Positions 1-11,060 are shown, counted from the stretch's first letter. The stretch is DNA of 64,000 bases from a bacterium (GCA_030647955.1 JAUSIQ010000038.1:421-64420); one strand, 5' to 3'. The notes: generated from the sequence alone by a model not told the origin. Translations and numbers: made by a program.

Positions 1-23
1 CTCGAGGGTGGAATCGGCAATAA

Positions 24-431
24 AAGTACGGTCAACTTTTTGTGAATATCTACATGAATGTGTTTGACCAGTTTGTGAAGCATAAAATCAAAGCTAAACA
101 CTATATTCGTTACGCGGATGATTTTGTTTTTCTTTCTGAAGATAAGTATTGGCTGGAAGAAATTCTTTTCCGAGTCGGAGAATTCTTAGAAGAAAGACTC
201 CGTCTCACCCTACATCCTGACAAAATATCTTTGCGTACCCTGGCTTCTGGGGTAGATTTTCTAGGCTGGGTGCATTTTTCGGATCATCGGGTGCTTAGGA
301 CGACTACTAAAAGGCGAATGCTTAAAAGAGTAGAAATTAATAAAAGCCTCGAAACCCTCAATTCATATCTAGGGCTATTAAAGCATGGCAATAGCAATAA
401 ATTAAAAAATGCATTAGAATTGGCGACATGA
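24..431 (+). pseudogene. C-terminal part of a DGR-type reverse transcriptase, 5'-truncated or frameshifted
   Basis: QLFVNIYMN..D, YIRYADDFV catalytic motif, LHPDK, GVDFLGW and SYLGLLKH motifs; in-frame TAA at 21-23 where GLPxGNLTS is expected. Confidence 0.75.
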
Positions 432-1507
432 GAGTCGCCTTGGTGCATGACCATTTGAATCAATACGGCGGAGGGGAGCGGGTTTTGAGTGTCTTTGCGG
501 AGATGTTTCCGTACGCTCCTATTTTTACTTTAGTTTATGACGAACAACTCACTGGCCACTCTTTTCACGGCAAAGAAATTCACACCTCTTTTATACAAAA
601 AATTCCTTGGGCGAAAAGAAATCATCGCCTCTGGCCGGTGCTGATGCCTTTGGGAGTAGAAAAATTTGATCTCTCCAGATTTGATCTGGTCATTTCCAAT
701 TCCGCCTCATTCGCCAAGGGGATTATCACCAAACCCAAGACTAAGCACATTGCTTATTGTCTTACTCCCACTCGTTTTCTTTGGGACGACAGTCACAAAT
801 ACATCGAAGAATTTCAGCGGCCGTGGATTGTCAAAAAGCTTACACCGTTTTTATTAAACTATTTACGCATTTGGGATCAGGAGGCCAGTCATCGTGTCGA
901 TCAGTTTGTGGCCATTTCCCAATTTATTAAAGCGCGGGTCAAGAAATATTACCAAAGGGAAGCCGAGGTTATTTATCCGCCCGTAGAGACGAAGCGTTTT
1001 AAAATTTCTCCGGAGGTGGATAAATATTTTTTGATGGTGGGTAGAATGGTGCCGTATAAGCGGTTCGAGCTGGCCGTAAAAGTTTTTAACGAACTGGGTT
1101 GGCCGCTAAAAATTATTGGCGATGGACCGCAGAAAAAATATCTGCAAAAAATCGCCAAGCCCAATATTGAATTTCTGGGATTAATTTCAGATCATCTTTT
1201 GCCGGCTTATTATGCTCGAGCTCAAGCGCTTATTTTTCCTCAAGAGGAAGATTTTGGTATTGTGGTGGTGGAGGCGATGGCTTCTGGACGGCCGGTGGTG
1301 GCCTTTCGCGGTGGAGGCAGTTTGGAGACGATCAAAGAGGGGGAGAGCGGGGTATTTTTTGATGAGCAAACCGAAGAGTCTTTGTTAAAAACATTGCGAC
1401 AATTTAATCCCGCCAACTTTGATTCTCAACAAATCCGTGCTCGTTCAATGCTATTTGATCGCGAGATTTTCAAAGAGAAATTTGAAAAAGTCATCAGAGA
1501 GTTATAA
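428..1507 (+). CDS. GT4 (GT-B fold) glycosyltransferase
   Basis: MRVALVHD..GGGERV N-terminus; EDFGIVVVEAMASGRPV (ExFG-x4-E) motif. Confidence 0.92.
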   Translation: MRVALVHDHLNQYGGGERVLSVFAEMFPYAPIFTLVYDEQLTGHSFHGKEIHTSFIQKIPWAKRNHRLWPVLMPLGVEKFDLSRFDLVISNSASFAKGIITKPKTKHIAYCLTPTRFLWDDSHKYIEEFQRPWIVKKLTPFLLNYLRIWDQEASHRVDQFVAISQFIKARVKKYYQREAEVIYPPVETKRFKISPEVDKYFLMVGRMVPYKRFELAVKVFNELGWPLKIIGDGPQKKYLQKIAKPNIEFLGLISDHLLPAYYARAQALIFPQEEDFGIVVVEAMASGRPVVAFRGGGSLETIKEGESGVFFDEQTEESLLKTLRQFNPANFDSQQIRARSMLFDREIFKEKFEKVIREL

Positions 1508-1536
1508 AGTTCATAAAGTTATAAAGTTCATCAAGT
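1500..1536 (+). repeat. Left arm: tandem AGTT(C)AT(A/C)A units
   Basis: agttataa agttcataa agttataa agttcatca agt; contains the GT stop codon and abuts the next ATG. Confidence 0.85.
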
Positions 1537-1881
1537 ATGAAAATAGAAAGATTCGAAGAGATAATTTCTTGGCAAAAGGCTAGAACTTTAGCTGTTTTGG
1601 TTTATGCATTATTTAGCAAAAATAGAGACTTCAGTTTTAATGATCAAATTAAAAGAGCAGTTATTAGTATTGGGAATAATATTGCTGAAGGATTCGAGCG
1701 AAAGAGTAATCAGGAATTAAAATACTTTTTCTATATTGCTAAAGGTTCCTGTGGAGAAGTAAGATCGATGTCTTATATTGCTCTGGAGTTAAAATATATA
1801 TCTAAAAAAGATTTTGATGAACTCAATAGCGCGTGCCTGGAAATATCAAGATTGATCTCCGGTTTCATAAAAACTTTATAA
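1537..1881 (+). CDS. Four-helix-bundle protein (23S rRNA intervening-sequence protein / S23-like family)
   Basis: FEEIISWQKA, DQIKRAVISIGNNIAEGFER, FFYIAKGSCGEVRS family motifs; 114 aa; more AT-rich than its neighbours. Confidence 0.88.
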   Translation: MKIERFEEIISWQKARTLAVLVYALFSKNRDFSFNDQIKRAVISIGNNIAEGFERKSNQELKYFFYIAKGSCGEVRSMSYIALELKYISKKDFDELNSACLEISRLISGFIKTL

Positions 1882-1908
1882 CCTGATAACTTTATAACTT
1901 GAAGAACT
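1872..1908 (-). repeat. Right arm: inverted copy of the same tandem unit
   Basis: aactttataacctgataactttataacttgaagaact; reverse complement agttcttca agttataa agttatca ggttataa agtt. Confidence 0.85.
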
Positions 1909-3059
1909 CATTTTCTGTTGGAGTAGATATTCGGGTGCTGGGATCGGGGAAGCAGAGCGGGATTGAGCAATATGTGCTGAATCTTTTGCCGGAAATGATC
2001 CGCTTGGCTCCCGATATTAAATTTAAACTCTTTTTTAGCGCCTTTCATGAGGCGGAGCTTTCTTATCCCTGGCTGCACCGCGATAATGTCGAATTGCACC
2101 GTTTTTTTTACCCTAATCGGCTCATGTTCGGAGCGGCGAAATTTTTTGGGCGTCCGCGGTTGGATAAGCTGATGGGCGGAGCCAATGTATTTTTTAGTCC
2201 GCATTTTTTCAGTGCCCCGCTGGAAAAGTCTTGTCGATTGGTGACTACTTTTCACGATCTATCTTTTGTGCGCTACCCGCAGTTTTTCTCTTGGCGTAAA
2301 AACTTTTGGCATAGCTTTGAGATGAATCCTCGCCAGCAAGCGCGCCGTTCACATCGGCTAATCGCCATGTCTTATTCTACTCGCAATGACTTGGTCTCCT
2401 TATTCAAAATCAATCCAGAGAAAATTAAGGTAGTGTACTCCGGTTTAGTTCATGATCGCGCTGGGGTCACGGATAAAACTGAAATTAATCGGGTGCGGAC
2501 GCGCTATCAGTTGCCAGAAAACTTTTTTCTCTATTTGGGGACTATCGAGCCGCGTAAAAATATTCTAGGAATATTAAAGGCCTTTGAGGACCTCCAAAGA
2601 AAAAAACTCCTCTCCGAAGAGGCGCATTTAGTAATTGCGGGGGATCGAGGCTGGCGAGATTCCGATATTTTTAAATATCATGAGCAGTCTCCTTGGAGAA
2701 AATTAATTCATTTTATTGGGACAGTGGATGAGAAAGACAAATCGCTAGTTTATCAACTGGCCCGGGTTTTTGTTTATCCCAGCTTTTTTGAGGGTTTTGG
2801 TTTTCCGCCCCTGGAAGCGATGCGTGCCGGAGTACCGGTGATTACTTCCCGCACCTCGTCTTTGCCGGAAGTCACCGGAGGAGCGGCGCATCTGGTGGAT
2901 CCGTATCATTTGCACGATTTAGTGGAAGCCATGCAGCTTCTTTTTACAGATGAAGCCCTAAGAGAACAGTATCGTCGTCGTGGTTTGCGTCGAGCACAAC
3001 AGTTTTCCTGGGAAAAAAGCGCGCAGGAGACGCTGGAGGTTTTGCTTCGAGAATCTTGA
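1899..3059 (+). CDS. GT4 glycosyltransferase (mannosyltransferase-like)
   Basis: LYLGTIEPRKN, VYPSFFEGFGFPPLEAM, FSWEKSA motifs; exact start uncertain (TTG). Confidence 0.9.
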   Translation: MKNSFSVGVDIRVLGSGKQSGIEQYVLNLLPEMIRLAPDIKFKLFFSAFHEAELSYPWLHRDNVELHRFFYPNRLMFGAAKFFGRPRLDKLMGGANVFFSPHFFSAPLEKSCRLVTTFHDLSFVRYPQFFSWRKNFWHSFEMNPRQQARRSHRLIAMSYSTRNDLVSLFKINPEKIKVVYSGLVHDRAGVTDKTEINRVRTRYQLPENFFLYLGTIEPRKNILGILKAFEDLQRKKLLSEEAHLVIAGDRGWRDSDIFKYHEQSPWRKLIHFIGTVDEKDKSLVYQLARVFVYPSFFEGFGFPPLEAMRAGVPVITSRTSSLPEVTGGAAHLVDPYHLHDLVEAMQLLFTDEALREQYRRRGLRRAQQFSWEKSAQETLEVLLRES

Positions 3060-3076
3060 GTGGTACAATATAGTTA

Positions 3077-5563
3077 ATGTCCTCTCCTAAAGATAAGGAG
3101 GTTTTGTACGATATTCGTCCGGTGAACTCCTCCGGCCAAGTTGATTTTGCCAAAATCAGTCAGATAGAAGCGGAGTTGGATTTGAGCCATGCTTCGGTGG
3201 CTGAAGTGGCGGCTTACAAAGAGGAGATCAGTAAAGTTTTTCAGGAAGAGCTGGGTAAAGACCATGATATCGTCGCGGCTTTAGCCGATGTGGGGGCGAC
3301 CCTACATTTAGCAGAGGCTGTTTCGGAGGAGTCAAAGAAAGAAGTGGTTTTAGCTACTGTGCCACCAAAGCCCGCTCCGATGGAAGTTGAGCCTCCACCA
3401 GTGCCAATGGAGCTCCCGCCAGTAATAGTCGAGAGACCTGCTCCGATGCGGGTTTCTCCCGCGCCCGGGCCGTCCTTGCCGCCTTTGCATCCCGACGAGT
3501 GGCATTCTCCCGCCGCTCGAGAGATTGATAAATTTATGGGACGCTCTTTTGATGGAGGCGGACCGGTTAACCCTGTAGCTGAAGCTTCCTCTGCGCCCGA
3601 ATCCGGATCTTCTCGTCATCTACTCACTAAAATTTTATGGTTAGGAGTGGCGGTCTTGTTACTCTTTTCGGCGGTGCGCCTCGTGGATTGGGGGAAGAAG
3701 TTTAAGCAAGGATTTTTGGATACAGGCGAGGAGGCGGCCGATAACCTCCAGAAAGCCAAAGACGATATTGTTAATTTTGATTTTGCCTCCGCGGCTAATA
3801 ATTTTACCTTAGCCTACGATAATTTTTCTGGAGCTTCTTCTCGGCTTGATTCTCTGGGCACTTCTTTGGTTTCTTTTTTAAGCGAAGCTCCGGGATTTGG
3901 ACAAGTGAAAGCGGCTAAAAATATTCTTAAGGCTGGAGAAAATATTTCCAAGGCCGGACAAAACTTGGCTACGGCTTTGGATGGGTTTTATCGTACTAAT
4001 TTTATTTCTTATTTTGGTTTTGAATTTTTGAAAGGGGAGTCGCAACCGGTTTCCATCTCTTATTTTGTAAAAGGATTTCGCGATGCAGCGCTTTTTGCCC
4101 AAAAAAGATTAGCGGCCTCCGGAGAATTGCTGGCGCAGATAGCGGACGACTCTTTGCCGGAAGAAAAGCGCGCCGAGTTTCTTGACATCAAAGCCCAAAT
4201 CCCGGTTTTGGAAGAATACTTGGGCAGAGCGGTAGATTATTCTGGTTTTCTTTTGGGCGCTTTGGGGCAATCCGGACCGAAAAAATATATTTTGCTTTTC
4301 CAGAATAATACCGAGCTAAGGCCCTCCGGGGGCTTTCCGGGATCTTATGCCTTGATCGGATTTAATCGCGGGTTTTTGAGGGATTTCAAGGTGGATGATA
4401 TTTACAACGTTGATGGTCAGGCTCAGAAAAAATATGTACCTCCGGTGGAACTTCAGCACATCACTTCCACTTGGGGCATGCGCGATGCGAGCTGGTTTGT
4501 GAATTTTCCGGATTCAGCCAGGAAAGTTATTCAGATGTATAAAAACGATGGAGGGCCGCAGGTGGATGGGGTGCTGACCATTACTCCGACGGTGATTGGA
4601 AAAATTCTCGAAGTAATTGGCCCGATCGAATTACCGGAATACAAGCTGACTTTGGATCACAATAATTTCCTGGCTGAAATTCAAGAAGAAATAGAGTACG
4701 GAGATAATCGGGTTCAGCCTAAAACGATATTAGTGGATTTTACGCCAAAGTTTATTGAAAAATTAGGCCAGCAGGACAAGGATCAGTGGTTTAAGATTGT
4801 TAAGATTTTATTGGAAGCTACGGAGCAAAAACATATTTTAGCTTATTTTAGTGATCCGGAATTACAAAAAGTAGCGGAGGATAATGATTTGGCTGGAATA
4901 GTGAAGTCGACCACGGAGGATTACCTTTTTATCACTCATAGTAACGTGAAAGGTATTAAAACCGATGCGGTGATTGAAAATAGTTACGACCTTAAGTCTT
5001 CTTTGACCGGAGATGGATTTATCGAGCATACTTTGACGATTAACCGGGCACATCGCGGTGGGAAAAGCGATTACGGATTCTATAATCGCCAAAATTTTGA
5101 TTATTTGCGAGTCTTGGTTCCGAAAGGATCGATCCTTTCTAGTATCCAGGGGCAAACCTCTGGAAATTTTACGCCTCTCATTCGCAATTATTCCACCGGA
5201 GATTATGTAGAAGATGCAGAACTTAAAAAGTACGATAGCGAGGTTAGTGTGGTGACCGGAGGAGTGAAGCAATTTACGGAAGCAGACAAAACCGTTTTTG
5301 GCTTTTGGCATTCTTTGCAACCCGGCCAGACCAAGGCCATTACTTTGAAATATAAAACTCCGGTGCGTCTCGACGATAACGAGTATCTTTTGTTAGTACA
5401 AAAACAGCCCGGTACTTTGGAAGATCGTTTAACTTTCTCTTTCGATATACCTTCGAAGAAAGAAGCCATCTTCCGTTATCCGGAACTAACTTTGGATGAC
5501 AATCGCTTAACTGGAGAGACAAAGCTTGTCAAAGATCTGATTTTTGGTATTAAATTGCAGTAA
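3077..5563 (+). CDS. DUF4012-domain membrane-anchored protein with Pro-rich N-terminus
   Basis: Single TM segment; YILLFQNNTELRPSGGFPGSY, RDASWFVNFP, KTDA, YLRVLVP and QKQPG motifs. Confidence 0.8.
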   Translation: MSSPKDKEVLYDIRPVNSSGQVDFAKISQIEAELDLSHASVAEVAAYKEEISKVFQEELGKDHDIVAALADVGATLHLAEAVSEESKKEVVLATVPPKPAPMEVEPPPVPMELPPVIVERPAPMRVSPAPGPSLPPLHPDEWHSPAAREIDKFMGRSFDGGGPVNPVAEASSAPESGSSRHLLTKILWLGVAVLLLFSAVRLVDWGKKFKQGFLDTGEEAADNLQKAKDDIVNFDFASAANNFTLAYDNFSGASSRLDSLGTSLVSFLSEAPGFGQVKAAKNILKAGENISKAGQNLATALDGFYRTNFISYFGFEFLKGESQPVSISYFVKGFRDAALFAQKRLAASGELLAQIADDSLPEEKRAEFLDIKAQIPVLEEYLGRAVDYSGFLLGALGQSGPKKYILLFQNNTELRPSGGFPGSYALIGFNRGFLRDFKVDDIYNVDGQAQKKYVPPVELQHITSTWGMRDASWFVNFPDSARKVIQMYKNDGGPQVDGVLTITPTVIGKILEVIGPIELPEYKLTLDHNNFLAEIQEEIEYGDNRVQPKTILVDFTPKFIEKLGQQDKDQWFKIVKILLEATEQKHILAYFSDPELQKVAEDNDLAGIVKSTTEDYLFITHSNVKGIKTDAVIENSYDLKSSLTGDGFIEHTLTINRAHRGGKSDYGFYNRQNFDYLRVLVPKGSILSSIQGQTSGNFTPLIRNYSTGDYVEDAELKKYDSEVSVVTGGVKQFTEADKTVFGFWHSLQPGQTKAITLKYKTPVRLDDNEYLLLVQKQPGTLEDRLTFSFDIPSKKEAIFRYPELTLDDNRLTGETKLVKDLIFGIKLQ

Positions 5564-7098
5564 TGTCGCTTAAATCTTTTTCATTAAGCAAGGTTAGCCG
5601 AGCTAGCGCCATGCTCGCCTTTTTTTATTTACTCTCGCGGGTGGTGGGGTTGTGGCGAGATCGAGTTTTAGCTAGTCGTTTTGGGGCCACAGACGTACTG
5701 GATGCCTACTATGTTTCTTTTAACTTGCCCGACCTAGTTTTTAATTTATTGGTGGCCGGAGCGATCTCCTCGGCGTTTATTCCAGTTTTTACGGAGTACC
5801 AAGCGAAGAAAAAAGGAGAGGAGTGGGAATTAACGAACAATTTTCTAAATTCTTTGTTGCTGGTAGGGGCCGTGATTTGTTTTGTTCTGGCGATTTTTGC
5901 TCCGGTGGTTATTGGAATCGTGGCCCCCGGGTTTATAGGTCCCAAAAAAGATCTGGCTATTTTGTTTACCCGAGTAATGATGGTCAGTCCGATTATTTTC
6001 TCGGTGAGTATGGTGCTGGGTTCTTTGCTGAATATCTTTGAGCGTTTTTTGACTTACGCCATGGCGCCGATCATGTATAATCTGGGCATCATTATCGGGG
6101 CGGTATGGTTAGAGCCAAAATTTGGACCGTTAGGATTGGCCGAGGGCGTAGTATTGGGAGCGCTTTTGCATTTCCTGATTCAGCTGCCGTCAATCTGGAA
6201 AATTGGATTTAGGTGGCAGGGAGTATTGCATTGGGGAGACAAAGGATTGCGGAAGGTGGTGCAACTGGCTCTGCCGCGCACTTTTGGGTTAGTGGCCGGA
6301 CAAGTGAACTGGATCATGCTCAATGCTTTGGCCACGACCTTGGGTTTAGGGGCGGTAACCATTTTTAACTTTGCTAATAATTTACAATATCTACCCGTCG
6401 CTTTAGTGGGTATTTCCGTGGCGATCGCTTCTTTTCCGGCTCTGTCTCGAGAAGCTTTGCAGGAAGATAAGAGAGAATTTGTTAAACATGTTCAGATGCA
6501 TTTACGCCAGGTAGTTTTTTGGGCTTTGCCGCTTTCGGTATTAATATTCTTTTTGAGAGAAGAGGCGGCTCGGATTGTGCTACGTTCTGGAAATTTTTCA
6601 ACTTTTGATGCTTCCTCTACGGCGCGAGTACTCGGTTTTTTTATGATTGGAGCGGTTAGTCAAAGTTTAATACCGATTTTATCGCGTTCTTTTTATGCCA
6701 TGCAAAATACCAAAACTCCAGTGTTGATTAGTTTAATTTCGATTGCGATTAACGCGGGATTAGCAATTTATTTTGTAAAAGAGTTGAGCTGGGGTTTAAC
6801 GGGGCTGGCTTTAGCGTTTAGCATAGCGGGGATTGTGAATGCTATCTTGCTTTTAATCTATCTTAAGAAGTTCCTGACGGCTTTTTCAGTTAAATCTTTT
6901 TTTTGGCACTTTGGAAAAGTAGTGGCGGCCACATTAGGAATGGGAGCGGTGCTTTATTATCTCTCCTGTTGGAATTGGGGCGGTGGACATGGACTGGCAG
7001 CCGATTTCTATCGGGCGGTGATTTTTTCCGCGCTAGCGCTATTGACTTTCTTAGGATTGTCTGCCATTCTTAGAATTAGTTTTTCATTAAAAAAATAG
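5563..7098 (+). CDS. murJ: Lipid II flippase MurJ (MviN)
   Basis: LSRVVGLWRD..A..FG, DAYYVSFNLPD, GAISSAFIPVF, RSFYAMQNTKTP; polytopic membrane protein. Confidence 0.93.
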   Translation: MSLKSFSLSKVSRASAMLAFFYLLSRVVGLWRDRVLASRFGATDVLDAYYVSFNLPDLVFNLLVAGAISSAFIPVFTEYQAKKKGEEWELTNNFLNSLLLVGAVICFVLAIFAPVVIGIVAPGFIGPKKDLAILFTRVMMVSPIIFSVSMVLGSLLNIFERFLTYAMAPIMYNLGIIIGAVWLEPKFGPLGLAEGVVLGALLHFLIQLPSIWKIGFRWQGVLHWGDKGLRKVVQLALPRTFGLVAGQVNWIMLNALATTLGLGAVTIFNFANNLQYLPVALVGISVAIASFPALSREALQEDKREFVKHVQMHLRQVVFWALPLSVLIFFLREEAARIVLRSGNFSTFDASSTARVLGFFMIGAVSQSLIPILSRSFYAMQNTKTPVLISLISIAINAGLAIYFVKELSWGLTGLALAFSIAGIVNAILLLIYLKKFLTAFSVKSFFWHFGKVVAATLGMGAVLYYLSCWNWGGGHGLAADFYRAVIFSALALLTFLGLSAILRISFSLKK

Positions 7099-7107
7099 GA
7101 GCAGAGT

Positions 7108-7521
7108 GTGCCTAAACCAAATTACTCTCACCAGGATCCATATCCGGTGGTGACGGTGGATACGATGGATGCGGTGGCTAACCATGCTATGGCCAGCTTT
7201 GTGGAGAATCTTGAGAAAGAGAAGGCTCGATTCGCCCGAGAAAATCTCGCTTCAGTGGTAAAGATTAGTGAGAATGAGGCGTTCTCTTTTGGCGTTTTTA
7301 TCTCTGGGGTGGCTCTCTTCTGCGTAGGACTATTTGGTGTCCCAGCTCTCGTCATCGGAGGTTGCTCCTTGATGGGGATCGGCGCTATTCTTTTAGTGCG
7401 TACGGCCACGAAATATGACAAGCTCTTTGAGGCCTGGAAGGATAAACGCAGAAAGCCAAGCAGTTGCGAATCTTGTGAAATGGGAGATGCTCCAATAGGA
7501 GAAGCTCATCTTGGAAAATAA
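7108..7521 (+). CDS. Hypothetical two-TM membrane protein
   Basis: AGGAG upstream of GTG; hydrophobic hairpin; C-terminal CESC; followed by a terminator. Confidence 0.6.
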   Translation: MPKPNYSHQDPYPVVTVDTMDAVANHAMASFVENLEKEKARFARENLASVVKISENEAFSFGVFISGVALFCVGLFGVPALVIGGCSLMGIGAILLVRTATKYDKLFEAWKDKRRKPSSCESCEMGDAPIGEAHLGK

Positions 7522-7536
7522 GGTCTGGGAATTAGT

Positions 7537-7560
7537 AGGCGGTCCGCGGGCCGCTTTTTT
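7537..7560 (+). terminator. Intrinsic terminator
   Basis: aggcggtcc gc gggccgctt hairpin followed by a T-run. Confidence 0.65.
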
Positions 7561-7608
7561 AATTAAACATATCGTGGTACTTTATTAGTTATATTCACGG
7601 AGCAAACT

Positions 7609-9405
<1,797 letters not shown>

Positions 9406-9415
9406 GTTCTTTTTG

Positions 9416-9520
9416 CTAATATAGAAGAGGGAGAAAAAGAAAAGCGATCATGCTGACGATGACCAAGGCAACAATGATCGTCGAAAACGTCTTAATTGTT
9501 TTACGGTGAAGGTGAAACAT
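9416..9520 (-). CDS. 34-aa single-TM small protein (below the ORF-track cutoff)
   Basis: MFHLHRKTIKTFSTIIVALVIVSMIAFLFLPLLY*: basic N-terminus plus TM helix; fills the lepA/ftsB-like gap. Confidence 0.6.
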   Translation of the reverse strand: MFHLHRKTIKTFSTIIVALVIVSMIAFLFLPLLY

Positions 9521-9542
9521 AGGATTTATCTTTCTATTGTAT

Positions 9543-9926
9543 ATGTTTAGTAATTTTTTTCAATCTAAAATTTTTACCGGTTTAGCCCTGGTGGTAATAT
9601 TTTTTCTGGCCGTGGCTTTACTTAAGATACAGCCGCAGAGAGTGGTGGTAGAAAAGAAGATGAAAAATTTTCAGGATAAGATTGCGGAATTGGAAAGCTC
9701 CAACTTGGAGTTGGGCAGTCTTTTGGAGTATTTTAAAAGCGACGCTTATCTGGAAAAAGAGGCTAAGCTGAAACTGAATGTTCGCCGTCCGGAAGAAAAT
9801 GTAGTATTTTTTCATGAAGGCGATGTTAATCCTGTCACTACTTCTTCGGAGCAGCCTTCGGCTCCCAGTCGGTTTATCAACTATCTCGGCAGTTTGGGGC
9901 ACTGGTTTAGAAGCCTAATGGATTAA
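9543..9926 (+). CDS. Septum formation initiator (FtsB/DivIC-like)
   Basis: TM helix, coiled coil, then YLEKEAKLKLNVRRPEE. Confidence 0.75.
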   Translation: MFSNFFQSKIFTGLALVVIFFLAVALLKIQPQRVVVEKKMKNFQDKIAELESSNLELGSLLEYFKSDAYLEKEAKLKLNVRRPEENVVFFHEGDVNPVTTSSEQPSAPSRFINYLGSLGHWFRSLMD

Positions 9927-9929
9927 AAG

Positions 9930-9954
9930 GCGGGTATCGTATATCGGTATTACC
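9930..9954 (+). pseudogene. 5' fragment of a tRNA-Gly (acceptor 5' strand and D arm only)
   Basis: gcgggtatcgtatatcggtattacc resembles the 5' end of glyT-type tRNA-Gly(TCC); no anticodon or T arm follows. Confidence 0.65.
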
Positions 9955-9969
9955 TGCCGGTAGGCAGGT
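9952..9969. repeat. REP-like hairpin
   Basis: acctgcc ggta ggcaggt, perfect 7-bp stem. Confidence 0.7.
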
Positions 9970-9976
9970 GTGACAA

Positions 9977-10047
9977 GCGGCTGTAGTACAATGGCAGTAC
10001 GATAGCTTCCCAAGCTATAGACGTGGGTCCGATTCCCATCAGCCGCT
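9977..10047 (+). tRNA. tRNA-Gly (CCC)
   Basis: Acceptor stem gcggctg/cagccgc; anticodon arm atagc-ttCCCaa-gctat; T arm gtggg-tccgatt-cccat; CCA not encoded. Confidence 0.95.
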
Positions 10048-10070
10048 CATTTGAAAATAGAGATCAGAAG

Positions 10071-11060
10071 CTAGGCCGCCGCCACCGCTACTTTAGGCGC
10101 TTTTTCTTCCTCTTTTTTACGTAGAGCTTCTAAGGAATCAAGTGAGGAGTCGATGAGGGCATTAAACGGTTTTGGATTTAGATATATCTCGTTGTGCGTG
10201 CTCTTTGTTGAATAAAAACCATCAACCGTTCCGCTTTTCGTCATTTTCTGAACATCGTCCATGGAAAAGAATTTATCATCAACACCATGAACAATCGAAA
10301 CCCTTATCCCTTGTTCCCGTAATGTTCCGATTAGTTCATGAATTTGTGTTTTTGTGATTGTGCCAATGGAATCCCATGTTTCTTTGGGTCCGGCGACCAG
10401 GGCTTTATTAAGACCCATAGAAGCGCTGCTCATTTTCTTAGCCGTGCTCAAAGCACCTTCTCGTTTATATAATCTTGCTATTTGTAAGGCGATATCAAGA
10501 GCCGCCCCTTTGATAGTTTGCTCCCGATTATTTTCGCCAACCATACCCGCAGGGTCAACCAGTACAAGATTTCTGAATTTTTCTGGCCTTAGGAGTGCGG
10601 CAAAAATAGCGTGGATAGCACCTTCAGAATGGGCGACAACGTCAACCTGATCAAGACCCTCTTTTACTTCAAATACTTTTAAGGTTGCGGCGACTTTGTT
10701 CAATAGTAATTCGTCCGGTACAAGTTCTCTTGCTTCTTTAACTCCTTCGATCTGCTCGGCATTAATGCCATGAATATTATCTACGGCCAAAACACGCCGA
10801 CCCTTTTCTGCTAATCCAATAATATTAGCTTTGTAGTTATCGGGTGTTGTTCCCCAACCCTTTAAGATTAGAAGCGGGACTTCCGTTTTTACCTTTTCTG
10901 GTTGAATGTCGCGAAGACTTAATGTTTCGCCTTCGTATAATTCAAATTTATCAGGCTGATCAAATTGATTGCTCAAATATTCTGGTAATTTTTCCGGCGG
11001 CACTTCACCTTTCGGTGGGAGCGTTTGCTTATTTTCATAAGACGGCATTTCAATACTCAT
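10071..11060 (-). CDS. Alpha/beta-fold hydrolase
   Basis: KGWG oxyanion region, AHSEG nucleophile elbow, LVLVDPAG, VHGVDD and C-terminal His; start probably MSIEM at 11060. Confidence 0.85.
   Translation of the reverse strand: MSIEMPSYENKQTLPPKGEVPPEKLPEYLSNQFDQPDKFELYEGETLSLRDIQPEKVKTEVPLLILKGWGTTPDNYKANIIGLAEKGRRVLAVDNIHGINAEQIEGVKEARELVPDELLLNKVAATLKVFEVKEGLDQVDVVAHSEGAIHAIFAALLRPEKFRNLVLVDPAGMVGENNREQTIKGAALDIALQIARLYKREGALSTAKKMSSASMGLNKALVAGPKETWDSIGTITKTQIHELIGTLREQGIRVSIVHGVDDKFFSMDDVQKMTKSGTVDGFYSTKSTHNEIYLNPKPFNALIDSSLDSLEALRKKEEEKAPKVAVAAA

Noticed and set aside
1500-1536. CRISPR array
   Set aside because: Units are 8-9 bp with no unique spacers, and no cas operon is present
1537-1881. 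Four-helix-bundle gene as the Avd accessory protein of the nearby DGR RT
   Set aside because: Its motifs (WQKA, NIAEGFER, AKGSCGE) fit the 23S-IVS protein type; it is separated from the RT by a GT gene and has its own repeat arms
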